64,000 nucleotides of DNA. Source: Pseudomonadota bacterium. Its GTDB lineage: Bacteria > Pseudomonadota > Gammaproteobacteria > JAKAQQ01. Made by a program: the position numbers and the translations under genes. The first letter of the stretch is position 1. Each line of letters begins with the position of its first letter. Below are positions 19,991-29,664 of this stretch, in pieces. The notes under the pieces were generated by a model. The model was not told the DNA's origin. It was given only the letters and a program-made list of their open reading frames with translations, and did no database searches. The stretch lies in contig DAHWSH010000052.1 of NCBI GenBank assembly GCA_027338645.1, positions 28,533 through 92,532 on the forward strand. Reading direction: 5' to 3'.

Positions 19991-20473
19991 TTAATGACAG
20001 GCACCCACCCAGGTCCCGGTTCCCCGCACGTGGACAACCTCCCGCATCGACGCGGCACCTGAAATGAGGGTCACCATGCGTCCATTGAGCGAGACCGAGA
20101 GATGATCCGGTGCGACGACGACCACATAACGCCCATGGGTCGAGGTCCGGACCGGTCCCTGGACCTGCGTGCAGGCGAAAGTATAGATCATCTGGTTGCC
20201 CGGACCGCTGGTCGCGTGTTCGTTCCGGAAACAGGCTCCGGCCGGTCCGGATTTCGCCCTCAGGAGATCGCTCGCCGATGCGGTCCGCATGCAGTGTGTC
20301 GAACTAAACACATGGGATCCCATCGAGCTCGATTCCCGGAAGGTCCATTTCCAAAGGCCCAGCTTGACCGGGACCGGCTTCGCCCAGACGGGGCCGGACA
20401 CTCCGATGACCACGATCCCGAACAGGATGCATGCCCGGGCGGCGCGCACCGCAAATCTCTTCTTTATCATCAC
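19991..20473 (-). CDS. Secreted DUF3617-like hypothetical protein
   Basis: Signal peptide followed by KLGLWKW, which resembles the PGLWE hallmark of DUF3617. Assignment is tentative. Confidence 0.45.
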   Translation of the reverse strand: MMIKKRFAVRAARACILFGIVVIGVSGPVWAKPVPVKLGLWKWTFRESSSMGSHVFSSTHCMRTASASDLLRAKSGPAGACFRNEHATSGPGNQMIYTFACTQVQGPVRTSTHGRYVVVVAPDHLSVSLNGRMVTLISGAASMREVVHVRGTGTWVGACH

Positions 20474-20616
20474 ATGATCTCCGTTGATACCATGAACTCC
20501 GGCCGAACTGGCCGAGCGCGGAAAAACTGTAGCAGAAAGAGATTACAGCCACAACAGGGCCGTCGGTGCAAATCGCGATTCGCACCCGGAAAAAACGCAG
20601 CGGCCGAAGGGATCGC

Positions 20617-21213
20617 TCAAGGAGTCTCGACACCCGGACCCAAGGTTTCCCCTCCGGGCAGAACGTAGATGGCCGGCAGATGACGGCCGGACCCGGCGAG
20701 GTCCATTCCCCAGCCCACGATCCAGTCCCGACCGGCCCGGAGGCCGAAATAATCCGGACCGGCCACAGGCACGATCCCTCCTGGACGTTCAGGCGGCTCC
20801 TTATGGACCAAAACGGCGCTCCGGACCTTGATCGCACCCTGCCCCACCGCCCATTCCACAAGTCCGGCCAGAGTGAGACCCTCGTCCCACACATCATCGA
20901 TGAAAAGCACACTGCGGCCAGCCAGCGGCAGACGGGGGGTCAACTGCCAGACGAGGCGGCCGGGTTCAGTCCCCGCCCCGTAGCGTGAAACCCGGACGAA
21001 GTCGATGTCGAGCGCAAAGGGCAGCCGTTGGGTCAAAGCCGCCCCGACGTACAGGCCACCCGTGAGCACGATGAGAACCAGCGGGCGGGATCCCTCAAAC
21101 TCCGGGCTGAGGGCCCGCGCCATCCGATCGAGCGCGTCCATGACCACCGGGGCCGGGTATAGGCAGGATGCACCAGGTGGCAGGATCCCGTCCCCGGCGG
21201 GTTCTTTGCTCAT
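20617..21213 (-). CDS. hpt: Hypoxanthine-guanine phosphoribosyltransferase
   Basis: PRPP-binding loop VLFIDDVWDEGLT and LDIDFVRVSRYG. Overlaps the nagZ stop by 4 nt. Confidence 0.75.
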   Translation of the reverse strand: MSKEPAGDGILPPGASCLYPAPVVMDALDRMARALSPEFEGSRPLVLIVLTGGLYVGAALTQRLPFALDIDFVRVSRYGAGTEPGRLVWQLTPRLPLAGRSVLFIDDVWDEGLTLAGLVEWAVGQGAIKVRSAVLVHKEPPERPGGIVPVAGPDYFGLRAGRDWIVGWGMDLAGSGRHLPAIYVLPGGETLGPGVETP

Positions 21214-22307
21214 CGAGGCTCCCCAAGGCCGGTGAAGAGTTCCCCCCCCTCCTGCACGGCCGCGAGGAGACGGACTGAGGCCTGCCAGGCCGGCCAGTCG
21301 GAGAGGGTTCCCGGCGGCCGTCGCGGAGTGCCGTGAAGGCGGAGCAGTCGCAGACGGCTGGGAGGGGACTGGGGGTGACGCAAGTTGCCCACCAGCCGGG
21401 CGGCCCCCCTACGGTCGTTACAAATGAGGACCACGTCCGAGCCGGCCTCAAGAGCCCGGAGGGTCCGGTCTTCAAGCCCACCCACCGGATCCAGCGCATG
21501 CATCGTGAGATCATCGCTCACGACGGCGCCCTCTGCGCCCAAGCGCCGGCGCAACACCTCCCCGATCCAGAACGCCGACAGGCTGGCCGGCTCGGGATCG
21601 AGTGCCGGAAAGCGGACATGGGCAGTCATGACCGAGATCTCAGGCAGACGGCTGATCAGGGTCCGGAACGGGACCAAGTCACGGCGTTCCAGGGTTGCCG
21701 CCTTCCGGGGATCGATGGCCGCTTCGTGATGGGTATCCCCTGCGACGCCACCGTGCCCCGGAAAATGCTTGATGGTCGCATGGACTCCACCACTCTCGAG
21801 ACCCCGAATCCAGTGCAGGGCCAACTCGGCGACCTGGGCGGGATCCGAACCGAAGGCCCGGTCCCCGATCACCGTGCTGTCGCGGTGAGCCAGATCGACG
21901 ACCGGCGCGAAACAAAGGTCGATACCCAAACGGTTGAGCTCGGCACCCGCTACAAAACCGGCCGCCCGGCAGAGCCGGCAGGCTGCCTCCCGGTCCTGGG
22001 CCCAGACCCTACCCAGAAACTGGGCCGAGGGTAGGGCCGTCAGTCCCTCCCGGAAGCGCTGGATGCGTCCCCCTTCGTGATCGACGGCAATGAGGAGTGG
22101 CGGGGTTCGAAGCGCATGCAGTTCATCACACAAGCGGATCATCGGCTCGGGCCCGACGTAGTTGCGGGCAAAGAGCACCACTCCGCCCACCATCGGCGAG
22201 GCCAAAAGCTCCCGGTCCTCGGCATCGAGTTCGACTCCGGCGAGATCAACGAAGAGCGGACCGAGATGGGTTATCGGTCGAGCGAACACCGTTCCTCCTG
22301 GGACCAT
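21210..22307 (-). CDS. nagZ: Beta-N-acetylhexosaminidase NagZ (GH3)
   Basis: LLIAVDHEGGRIQRF and KHFPGHG motifs; N-terminus aligns with E. coli NagZ. The true start may be the in-frame GTG at 22289. Confidence 0.85.
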   Translation of the reverse strand: MVPGGTVFARPITHLGPLFVDLAGVELDAEDRELLASPMVGGVVLFARNYVGPEPMIRLCDELHALRTPPLLIAVDHEGGRIQRFREGLTALPSAQFLGRVWAQDREAACRLCRAAGFVAGAELNRLGIDLCFAPVVDLAHRDSTVIGDRAFGSDPAQVAELALHWIRGLESGGVHATIKHFPGHGGVAGDTHHEAAIDPRKAATLERRDLVPFRTLISRLPEISVMTAHVRFPALDPEPASLSAFWIGEVLRRRLGAEGAVVSDDLTMHALDPVGGLEDRTLRALEAGSDVVLICNDRRGAARLVGNLRHPQSPPSRLRLLRLHGTPRRPPGTLSDWPAWQASVRLLAAVQEGGELFTGLGEPR

Positions 22308-22768
22308 TGTCCAAAGGGATGTTCGGCCAAAAACTGGTTGTAAAAGCGGGGATCGTCTGTCAACTCCCGACCTACCCAGTCGGGTAGAGGCACCCTCTCT
22401 CCCACGCTCCCGAGCTCGATTTCGGCGAGCACCAGTCCATCATTCCGGCCGGAGAACACATCGACCTCCCAGAGTCGCCCCTCGCAGGGCACGGCATGGC
22501 GGACCTTCTCCACCAGTCGTCCTCCGGCATAGGTCCCGAGCAACACGTGGGCTTCTTCGGGTGGGATCGCATACTCGAACTCCATCCGGGCGGGACCGGC
22601 AAGACGGCTTTTCAGGGTGAGCCGTCCCTCCCCTGCCGTGACCCGCACGCGGACGGTCAGATCCGCTCCTTGAGCGATATAGCCCTGGCGGAGAGGCCGG
22701 GCGGAGACGGCCAGCGCCCGCCAGCCATCGGTCCGGACCCAGTATTTGCGCTCGATTTCCTCCCTCAT
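22271..22768 (-). CDS. CYTH domain protein (class IV adenylyl cyclase / triphosphate tunnel metalloenzyme family)
   Basis: N-terminal EIERKYWV CYTH signature. 165 aa from MREEIERKY. Confidence 0.65.
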   Translation of the reverse strand: MREEIERKYWVRTDGWRALAVSARPLRQGYIAQGADLTVRVRVTAGEGRLTLKSRLAGPARMEFEYAIPPEEAHVLLGTYAGGRLVEKVRHAVPCEGRLWEVDVFSGRNDGLVLAEIELGSVGERVPLPDWVGRELTDDPRFYNQFLAEHPFGQWSQEERCSLDR

Positions 22769-24042
22769 GCGCGGACAAAAAGGGCCAGGCATTCGAGATG
22801 AGCCGTCTGCGGAAACATATCGTAGGTCCGCAAGCGAATGAATCGGTATCCCAAATCACGGACGAGGCGGGCCGCATCGCGGGCCAGAGTGGCCGGATGA
22901 CAGGAAACGTAAAGCAGGCGTTCCGGACGCCAACGGGAAAAAGCCTCGAGAACAGACGCCGCCCCCGACCGTGGCGGATCGAGCACAACCCCTTCCACGG
23001 ATCCCCCAACCGCGAGCCCCTCGAGCGGCCGGCTGAGGTCAGCCTGGGCGACGTGCACGTTGGGAAGGCCATTGCGCCGGATATTGTGCCGGAGGGTCTC
23101 GCAGGATCCCGGGTGACCTTCGACGGCAATCACGGATCCGGCACGCCGGGCCAGGGGAAGGGAAAAATTGCCGACTCCAGCGTAAAGATCCAGCCAGCCT
23201 CCGGCTGGAGACGGATCCGCCCACACCACGAGATCACGCACGAGCGACCGGTTGACCCCTTCGTGGACCTGGATGAAATCGGCGACCCGGAAAGCGATCT
23301 CGCAATCGAACTCGTCGAGCCGGTAGCTCTGGCGCAGGGTCACAGCTCCCGATGAACCCTCCACCGGCCCCTCCTCTTCGACCGGAAGGCCAAGGGCGGC
23401 GAGTCGGGCTCCCAAAGCCCGCCACCCGGCGGGTCTCAAACCGGGTCGGGCAAAAAGTCGTGCGGCCGGTCCCTGGTCGCCGGAGGCGAGTTCGATCCCC
23501 GAAAGCGCCCGGCGATCGGGAATCGGATCCAGGAGTTCGCCCAGCCGGGTCACCCATTCGGCCAGTGCCGGAACCAGGATCGGGCATTGCCTGAGCGCGA
23601 AGACACTTCGCCCCCCCCGGGTCCGGTAGCCGATCTCAAGACGGCCGCCGGAGGCGACCTCACAGTGGAGTCGGGCACGCCGCCGGTAGGACCAGGACTG
23701 ACCCGTGACGGGCAGATCCACCTGTTCCGGGCAAAGCTGCCCGATCCGCTCGAGGACTTCAAGCGTGGCTGCGGTCTTGTGCCGAATCTGGGCTGCGGGA
23801 TCGAGCATCTGGAGCGCGCATCCCCCGCAGCTCCCGAAATGCGGACAAACCGGCTCCTTTCGGTCGACGGAACGCCGGAGGTAGCGCCGGGGTCTCGCCT
23901 CGTCATAACGGGCATGACGCCGGCCCATCGCCACCTCCACGCGCTCGCCAGGCAGGGCGTCAGGGACGAAAAGTGTCTTGCCCTCGTGGTGCGCCACTCC
24001 GAGACCCTCGAGCGTAAGTCTTTCGATCTCGACCGATATCAT
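22765..24042 (-). CDS. rlmD: 23S rRNA (uracil1939-C5)-methyltransferase RlmD
   Basis: TRAM domain, Fe-S cysteine cluster CPHFGSCGGCALQ, SAM-methyltransferase motifs. Start taken at MISVEIERL. Confidence 0.8.
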   Translation of the reverse strand: MISVEIERLTLEGLGVAHHEGKTLFVPDALPGERVEVAMGRRHARYDEARPRRYLRRSVDRKEPVCPHFGSCGGCALQMLDPAAQIRHKTAATLEVLERIGQLCPEQVDLPVTGQSWSYRRRARLHCEVASGGRLEIGYRTRGGRSVFALRQCPILVPALAEWVTRLGELLDPIPDRRALSGIELASGDQGPAARLFARPGLRPAGWRALGARLAALGLPVEEEGPVEGSSGAVTLRQSYRLDEFDCEIAFRVADFIQVHEGVNRSLVRDLVVWADPSPAGGWLDLYAGVGNFSLPLARRAGSVIAVEGHPGSCETLRHNIRRNGLPNVHVAQADLSRPLEGLAVGGSVEGVVLDPPRSGAASVLEAFSRWRPERLLYVSCHPATLARDAARLVRDLGYRFIRLRTYDMFPQTAHLECLALFVRA

Positions 24043-24851
24043 GCAGGATCCGCGGGCAACTCCCAGAAGCGCCGGTCCCACTGCGCGAGGAATTCCTGCC
24101 AGTGGGGTTCCGGATGAGCGACCAAGAACGCTTCGACCTCCCGGATTGCGGCTTGAAAGCGATCGCCCGCCAGGCGGCCGCGCATCCGTTCCAGACGGAG
24201 AAACAGAAGGTACGTGGTGAGCGCATCGACCTCGCAATAACGGTCGATGCGGTCCCGTTCGCCGGCGAGATAGGACGCGAGCACCTCGGATCCGGACAGG
24301 TCCAGCTTGCCGGGCAGCCCGACCAGGCGCGCGGCCTCATCGAGGCGGACGGCGTTGCGCCCGGACTGGTAGCCCCCCAAGACGTCCATGAGGTCCGTGT
24401 GGCGCCAGTGGTAGCGGGACCGGTAGTGGTTGAAGCGGAACTCCGGCAGATGGTCTCCGGTTTCCCAATAGGTGGCCGCCGGAATCGCGTACCGGAAAGC
24501 CCGGTACTGAAGGACCGGGAGATCGAAGGCGTTTCCATTCCAGCTGACGAGACGAGGCTTGTGGCGGTCCAGGCCGGAAAAAAAACGTTTGATCCGCTCG
24601 TGTTCGCTGTCAAGACGGGCGCCCAGGGAAAAACACTTGAGTTCGTGATCGGTCCGGAGGACCATGCCGATCACGAGCACGGCATGGAGATGGATCGGCA
24701 TGAACTCACTCCCGCCGGTGTCCTGCCGACGCTTCTGCAGCATGGCCTCCATCTGCTCCGCTTCCGAGAGATCCTCGAGCCCCCACAGGCGGGATCCCAG
24801 CGCAGTATCCGGAATGGTTTCGATATCAAAGGCCAGTATCGGCTCGCTCAA
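24039..24851 (-). CDS. Predicted 3'-5' exonuclease (PolB-exonuclease-like, RNase H fold; COG3298 type)
   Basis: ILAFDIET exo motif I at the N-terminus. 270 aa. Overlaps the rlmD start by 4 nt. Confidence 0.55.
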   Translation of the reverse strand: MSEPILAFDIETIPDTALGSRLWGLEDLSEAEQMEAMLQKRRQDTGGSEFMPIHLHAVLVIGMVLRTDHELKCFSLGARLDSEHERIKRFFSGLDRHKPRLVSWNGNAFDLPVLQYRAFRYAIPAATYWETGDHLPEFRFNHYRSRYHWRHTDLMDVLGGYQSGRNAVRLDEAARLVGLPGKLDLSGSEVLASYLAGERDRIDRYCEVDALTTYLLFLRLERMRGRLAGDRFQAAIREVEAFLVAHPEPHWQEFLAQWDRRFWELPADPA

Positions 24852-24897
24852 ACCCCCCCCTGTTCCGGTCGCACCGCTCTTGCTAGAATCTCATTCT

Positions 24898-25869
24898 ATG
24901 CGTAAAACCCTGATCGGGGGCCTCCTGGCGCTAGTGGCTGGCTTGGGGATGACCCCGGCACACGGAGCCCGACCGACCGCCCCGGAACTCACCCTCATCG
25001 AGCGGGCGGGTCAACCGGTTTACCAGGCGTTCGGCCGTGACCTCAAGGCCGCCTTGTCCCGGCGGGGCGTGACCCGCATCGAGATTTTCAAGCGACAATC
25101 GGGAACCCGAATGGACCCGCTGGAGATCGGTCGCCTCGACCGGTCGGTGCTCATCGTGACCGTGGGACCCGGGAGCCTCGCCTGGCTTCTCGCTCAACAT
25201 CCCACGACACCGGTTCTGGCCCTGTACGTGACCCGCGAAACGTTCCGCCGACTGACCCGATCCGTACACGCTTCCGTGACGGCCATCTACTTGAACCAGC
25301 CCTTCGGACGCTTTCTCGATCTGGCCGTGACCCTGATCCCGCGCCTGCACGCGATCTCCGCGGTTTTGAGCCAGAATCAGAAATGGCGACGCCGAAGCAT
25401 TGAACGGATCGCCCATGCCCACGGTTATACCGCCCATGTCATCGTGACGCCACCCGAACCGCGAGCCATTTTCAGCGCATTCCGATTTGCCCTGCCCGGC
25501 ACCGATGCCCTGATCGAACTCCCCGATGCCACAGTCTACAATGCGCTCACCCTTCCAGAAATCTTCCTGCGGGCCTTCCGCTATGGCGTTCCGGTGATCG
25601 GCTACGCACCCGAGTACGTCCATGACGGTGCCCTAGCCGGCCTCTATTCCACACCCGACCAGTTCAGTCGCCAGGCCCTGCCGATCGTGCTCGCGGCAGC
25701 AAGTCACAGGCTCTCCCGACTGCCCGCCCCGGCCTATCCCCGGCGATTCACGGTGTTGCTCAACCGTTCGGTCGCCGGCACGCTGGGCATTCCGCTTCCG
25801 TCCCTGTCACAGATTCTCAAGGCCTTGCATCGCCACGTCCGACCGAAACCGGTCGAGTTTGGGATATGA
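24898..25869 (+). CDS. Periplasmic substrate-binding-like protein (ABC-type uncharacterized transport system periplasmic component, COG2984-like)
   Basis: Signal peptide MRKTLIGGLLALVAGLGMTPAHG. 323 aa. Stop overlaps the hybrid kinase start (ATGA). Confidence 0.5.
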   Translation: MRKTLIGGLLALVAGLGMTPAHGARPTAPELTLIERAGQPVYQAFGRDLKAALSRRGVTRIEIFKRQSGTRMDPLEIGRLDRSVLIVTVGPGSLAWLLAQHPTTPVLALYVTRETFRRLTRSVHASVTAIYLNQPFGRFLDLAVTLIPRLHAISAVLSQNQKWRRRSIERIAHAHGYTAHVIVTPPEPRAIFSAFRFALPGTDALIELPDATVYNALTLPEIFLRAFRYGVPVIGYAPEYVHDGALAGLYSTPDQFSRQALPIVLAAASHRLSRLPAPAYPRRFTVLLNRSVAGTLGIPLPSLSQILKALHRHVRPKPVEFGI

Positions 25870-28583
25870 ATCTCGGAATCCGCGGCCGGGTGCTCCTGAT
25901 CGCCTGGGGCCCCGCCGCATTGATCGCCATCGCCCTGGCCGTCTATTTCGTCTCGAGCAACCTGGCCGCCCTACGGGCTTCCCGCCGGATCCTGGGACAG
26001 ACCGTGTCCCGACAGCTGGCACCCGCCGCCCAGTACGGCGTGCTGTCGAACAACGCCACGATCCTCCGCCGGCTGATCGATCCGGCACTGGCCCAATCGG
26101 CTATCTCCTCGATCGTGATCGAAAACCATTCCGGTCGAATTCTGGCCAGTGGATTCCGCAAGCGGGAGCCGATGAACTGGGTCGAACGCAGTGGCCAACT
26201 CATCGCCAACCTCATTTCCGGATCGCCCGGCAATGCCAGGACCTTTTCCTCTCCGGTCACGATCCGGCCGCTTCCGGTGGGCCCGGTGTACGGACTCTTC
26301 CACCACCGAAGTAAAAAGCTCTCCGCACCCGAGGAGACCCTGGGCACCGTCCGGGTCACGCTCTCCGCCGAGCACCTGGGCGACCAGGAAAGTCGGATCC
26401 TGATCGAGGGTCTGGTCCTCATGATGCTGGGACTGCTCGCGACCTTTGTGCTGGCCGAGCGAATGAGCCGCTCGATCACCCACCCGGTGCTCCGCATGCT
26501 GCAATCGGTGAGTAAACTGTCCGAAGGGCAGATGTCGATCCGTCTGCCGGAAAGTTCCTACGGGGAACTGGGGCGACTCGAGCACGGCATCAACCAGCTC
26601 GCGGAGCAGATCGGGCACAGCACCCGGCAGCTCGAGGCCGAGGTCATCCAGGCCACCCAGGAACTCCGGGAAACCCTGGAGGAGGTGGAAAGCAAAAATG
26701 TCGCCCTGGATCTCGCGCGCAAGCAGGCCGTAGCCGCCAACCGCGCCAAAACGACGTTTCTGGCCAACATCAACCACGAGATCCGCACCCCGATGAACAC
26801 CATTCTGGGCTACGCCGATTTCCTCACGGCCACGCCCCTCGATGCGGATCAACAGGAGTACCTCGGGTGGATCCAGCGCTCCGGGCAGCACCTGCTCAGC
26901 CTCATCGACGAAGTCCTGCATTTCTCCCGGATCGAGGCGGGACACCTGGACCTCTCGCACGCGCCCTGCGATGTCCACATCCTGCTCGAGGAAGTCATTG
27001 CCGCCCTCGCCCCACAGGCTTTGCAGAAGGGCTTGGATTTCCTGCCGGACCTCTATGAGGAACCGCCGCTCCAGGTGCTGGCGGATGCCGGCCGCCTGCG
27101 CCAGATCCTGAACAACCTGATCGGCAATGCGATCAAATTCACCGAGCATGGCTTGATCCGTGTCCGGGCACGGCAGGAGATTCTGGCGGACCGGATCACG
27201 TTCCATCTCGACGTGGAGGATGAGGGCATCGGCCTGTCTCCCGAGGATCGGGCACGCATCTTCGAGCCCTTCGCCCAAGCCGACAGTTCAACCTCCCGCC
27301 GGTTCGGCGGCGTCGGACTGGGGCTTGCGATCTGCCGGCGCATCGTCGAAGCCATGAAAGGAAGCATCCGGGTGGAGGGCCTGCCCGGAGTGGGGACCCG
27401 TTTCGGAGTCTGCCTCAGCTTTTCACCGGTTCCCGAAGCGCTTCCCGTTCCGGTCACGAGTTTCCCGTATCCGATCCGCCTTTCGGGCCCTCCCGCCTAC
27501 CGTGACTGTTTCGAACGACGTTTCGCGGCCTGGGGTTTTGAGATCATTCCTCCGGCCGAAGGACCTCCCGGGCCGGACGCCAGCCCACCGGCTCTCGAGG
27601 TCGAGATTCTCGGGCTCGCGGAGCTGACCCGGGAGTTACCCGCGCCGGGCCCGGAGGGGCTGCGGCGGCTGGTTCTGGCCGCCACCGCCGACCGTCGGGA
27701 GCATCGGCGGATTGGTCAGGTTCGGAATGCCATCTGCCTGCCTGTCCATGCCACCGTCCGCGACCTCAAACAGGCGCTTGTCGAACTGCTCCAAGCCACG
27801 CCTTCTGCACCGGCGCCGAAGCGACGCGACTCGGAGGCGGATTTCTGGAATCTCTTCCGTCAGGAACTGCCCCGCCAGGTAGAGGTCCTGCGCAACGCCT
27901 GGACAATCCATCCGGATCCACAGAAAATCCGGGAAGCCCTGCATCAGCTCGAAGGCACGGCCCGCTTCTGCAAACTACCCGCCCTGCAGGTGGCCATCTC
28001 GCGTCTCCGCAGCCACGGACAGACCCACCCGGACGATCATGGCCTCGACTCCGCTGCCTGGCAGGATCTTGAGCAGGCCGTCACGGCGATCCTTGAAGAC
28101 CCGACGACCCGTATCCCGACGCCCGCCCGTCCGTCTCAGGCGAACCCCTCAGGGCTCCTTGCCGGGATCCGCATGCTGGTGGCCGAGGACAACGCCATCA
28201 ACCGAACCCTGATCGGTCGCATGCTGGAACAGCAGGGGGCCCGGGTGTGGCTCTGCCCGAACGGGGTTGGCCTGGTCGGCATGATCGAGAGCGTGGAACC
28301 GGACGTCGTGCTCCTCGATATCCACATGCCCGAAATGGACGGCATCGAAACCGCACGCCAAATTACGGCCAACCACCCGGCTCTCCCGCTCGTCGCGATC
28401 AGCGCCGACATTCTCCCGGAGACCCGGATCCGCGCCCTCAACTCCGGAATCCGCGAGTATCTGGTCAAACCGATCCGGGCGATTACGCTGGCCGAAACCA
28501 TCCAGCGGGTACTCAGCCGTTCGTCCCGCGTCCAAAGGCCACCGCAAAGGCCAGTGCCCAGTCCAACTCGTCCGCCAAGCTGA
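25866..28583 (+). CDS. Hybrid sensor histidine kinase (TM sensor, HAMP, HisKA, HATPase, Hpt-like, receiver)
   Basis: 905 aa. H-box NINHEIRTPMNTILGYADFL, G-boxes GVGLGLAICRRIVE, and a C-terminal REC domain (MLVAEDN...VVLLDIHMPEMDG...LVKPI). Confidence 0.85.
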   Translation: MNLGIRGRVLLIAWGPAALIAIALAVYFVSSNLAALRASRRILGQTVSRQLAPAAQYGVLSNNATILRRLIDPALAQSAISSIVIENHSGRILASGFRKREPMNWVERSGQLIANLISGSPGNARTFSSPVTIRPLPVGPVYGLFHHRSKKLSAPEETLGTVRVTLSAEHLGDQESRILIEGLVLMMLGLLATFVLAERMSRSITHPVLRMLQSVSKLSEGQMSIRLPESSYGELGRLEHGINQLAEQIGHSTRQLEAEVIQATQELRETLEEVESKNVALDLARKQAVAANRAKTTFLANINHEIRTPMNTILGYADFLTATPLDADQQEYLGWIQRSGQHLLSLIDEVLHFSRIEAGHLDLSHAPCDVHILLEEVIAALAPQALQKGLDFLPDLYEEPPLQVLADAGRLRQILNNLIGNAIKFTEHGLIRVRARQEILADRITFHLDVEDEGIGLSPEDRARIFEPFAQADSSTSRRFGGVGLGLAICRRIVEAMKGSIRVEGLPGVGTRFGVCLSFSPVPEALPVPVTSFPYPIRLSGPPAYRDCFERRFAAWGFEIIPPAEGPPGPDASPPALEVEILGLAELTRELPAPGPEGLRRLVLAATADRREHRRIGQVRNAICLPVHATVRDLKQALVELLQATPSAPAPKRRDSEADFWNLFRQELPRQVEVLRNAWTIHPDPQKIREALHQLEGTARFCKLPALQVAISRLRSHGQTHPDDHGLDSAAWQDLEQAVTAILEDPTTRIPTPARPSQANPSGLLAGIRMLVAEDNAINRTLIGRMLEQQGARVWLCPNGVGLVGMIESVEPDVVLLDIHMPEMDGIETARQITANHPALPLVAISADILPETRIRALNSGIREYLVKPIRAITLAETIQRVLSRSSRVQRPPQRPVPSPTRPPS

Positions 28584-28908
28584 GTTCCACGCCAGCCACC
28601 CCCATCTCGCGCAGACGGTCCGCCAGCGGACCCGGTGCAAAGTGCACGACCGGCTTGCCTCTTGAATCGGCCAGGATGCTCATGGACTGAAGTGAAACCC
28701 CGGCGGAAAAACCGGTCCCCAGAGCTTTCGCGACCGCCTCCTTGGCCGCGAAGCGCAGGGCCAGGTAGCGGGCCGGCTCACGCCGGCGGCCCAGTTCCTG
28801 CTGCTCGGATAGAGTCAGGATGCGCTGGACGGCTCGCGCTCCATGTCGCCTCCAGAGGCCGTCCATCCGCGGAATGGAGACGAGATCGGTCCCGACCCCG
28901 TAAATCAC
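28513..28908 (-). CDS. acpS: Holo-ACP synthase (4'-phosphopantetheinyl transferase)
   Basis: MIYGVGTDLV ... FAAKEAVAKALGTG; aligns end to end with E. coli AcpS. Confidence 0.85.
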   Translation of the reverse strand: MIYGVGTDLVSIPRMDGLWRRHGARAVQRILTLSEQQELGRRREPARYLALRFAAKEAVAKALGTGFSAGVSLQSMSILADSRGKPVVHFAPGPLADRLREMGVAGVELSLADELDWALAFAVAFGRGTNG

Positions 28909-29642
28909 ACCGCCCCGCCCCGGCGGGCTTCCACCATCCGCTCCTTCATGAGACGGGTGGCGGACTCCAGTCCGATGAACACCGCCCGGCTCACGATGGA
29001 ATGTCCGATATTCAAGGTCTCGATCTCGGGAATCGCCGCCACCCCACCGACCGAGTCGTAATCCAACCCATGACCGGCATGCACCATAAGCCCCCGGGAG
29101 CGGGCCAGGCGGGCGGCGTTCCGGAGGCGCTCGAGGCGATGGGCGCGGGACGCAGCATCCCGGGATTCGGCATAGGCGCCCGTGTGGAGTTCGACGGTAC
29201 TGACCCCAAGCTCGCTTGCCGCCTCGATCTCGTCGGCCACAGGATCGACGAACAGGGCCACCCGGATCCCGAACTCCGTGAGTCGACGCACCACCGGAAA
29301 CAGGCGGTGTGCCAGGAAACGAACCGCGAGCCCGCTTTCCGTGGTCCGTTCCGCCCGCCGTTCCGGCACAAAACAGACCTCGGCCGGCCGGAGTGATTCC
29401 GCGAACTCGACGATGATCGAGTTCAGGCTCATCTCCAGGTTGATCGGGAGTGGCAGCTCCCGGACGAGACGGGTCACGTCGGATTCCTGGATATGGCGAC
29501 GATCCTCGCGCAGATGGACCGTGATGTTGTCCGCCCCGCCGCGGAGTGCCAGACGGGCCGCCTCCATCGGGTCCGGGTAGCGGGTCTGTCGGGCTTCGCG
29601 GAGGGTCGCCACATGATCGACATTGACCCCGAGCCGGATCAT
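28905..29642 (-). CDS. pdxJ: Pyridoxine 5'-phosphate synthase
   Basis: MIRLGVNVDHVATLREAR, the canonical PdxJ N-terminus. Confidence 0.9.
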   Translation of the reverse strand: MIRLGVNVDHVATLREARQTRYPDPMEAARLALRGGADNITVHLREDRRHIQESDVTRLVRELPLPINLEMSLNSIIVEFAESLRPAEVCFVPERRAERTTESGLAVRFLAHRLFPVVRRLTEFGIRVALFVDPVADEIEAASELGVSTVELHTGAYAESRDAASRAHRLERLRNAARLARSRGLMVHAGHGLDYDSVGGVAAIPEIETLNIGHSIVSRAVFIGLESATRLMKERMVEARRGGAV

Positions 29643-29664
29643 CGGGCCGCCACGCTCGGCCACA

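Noticed and set aside
21210-22307. N-terminal region of the nagZ ORF as a separate gene, because it overlaps the CYTH gene
   Set aside because: The residues align with the genuine NagZ N-terminus (LGPLFVDLAGVELDAEDRELLASPMVGG). The overlap is simply a 19 to 37-nt start/stop overlap.
24852-24897. TAGAAT-containing sequence upstream of the periplasmic binding-protein gene as a sigma-70 promoter
   Set aside because: No acceptable -35 at 16 to 18 nt spacing, and the leader would be only about 5 nt. The hexamer could match by chance.
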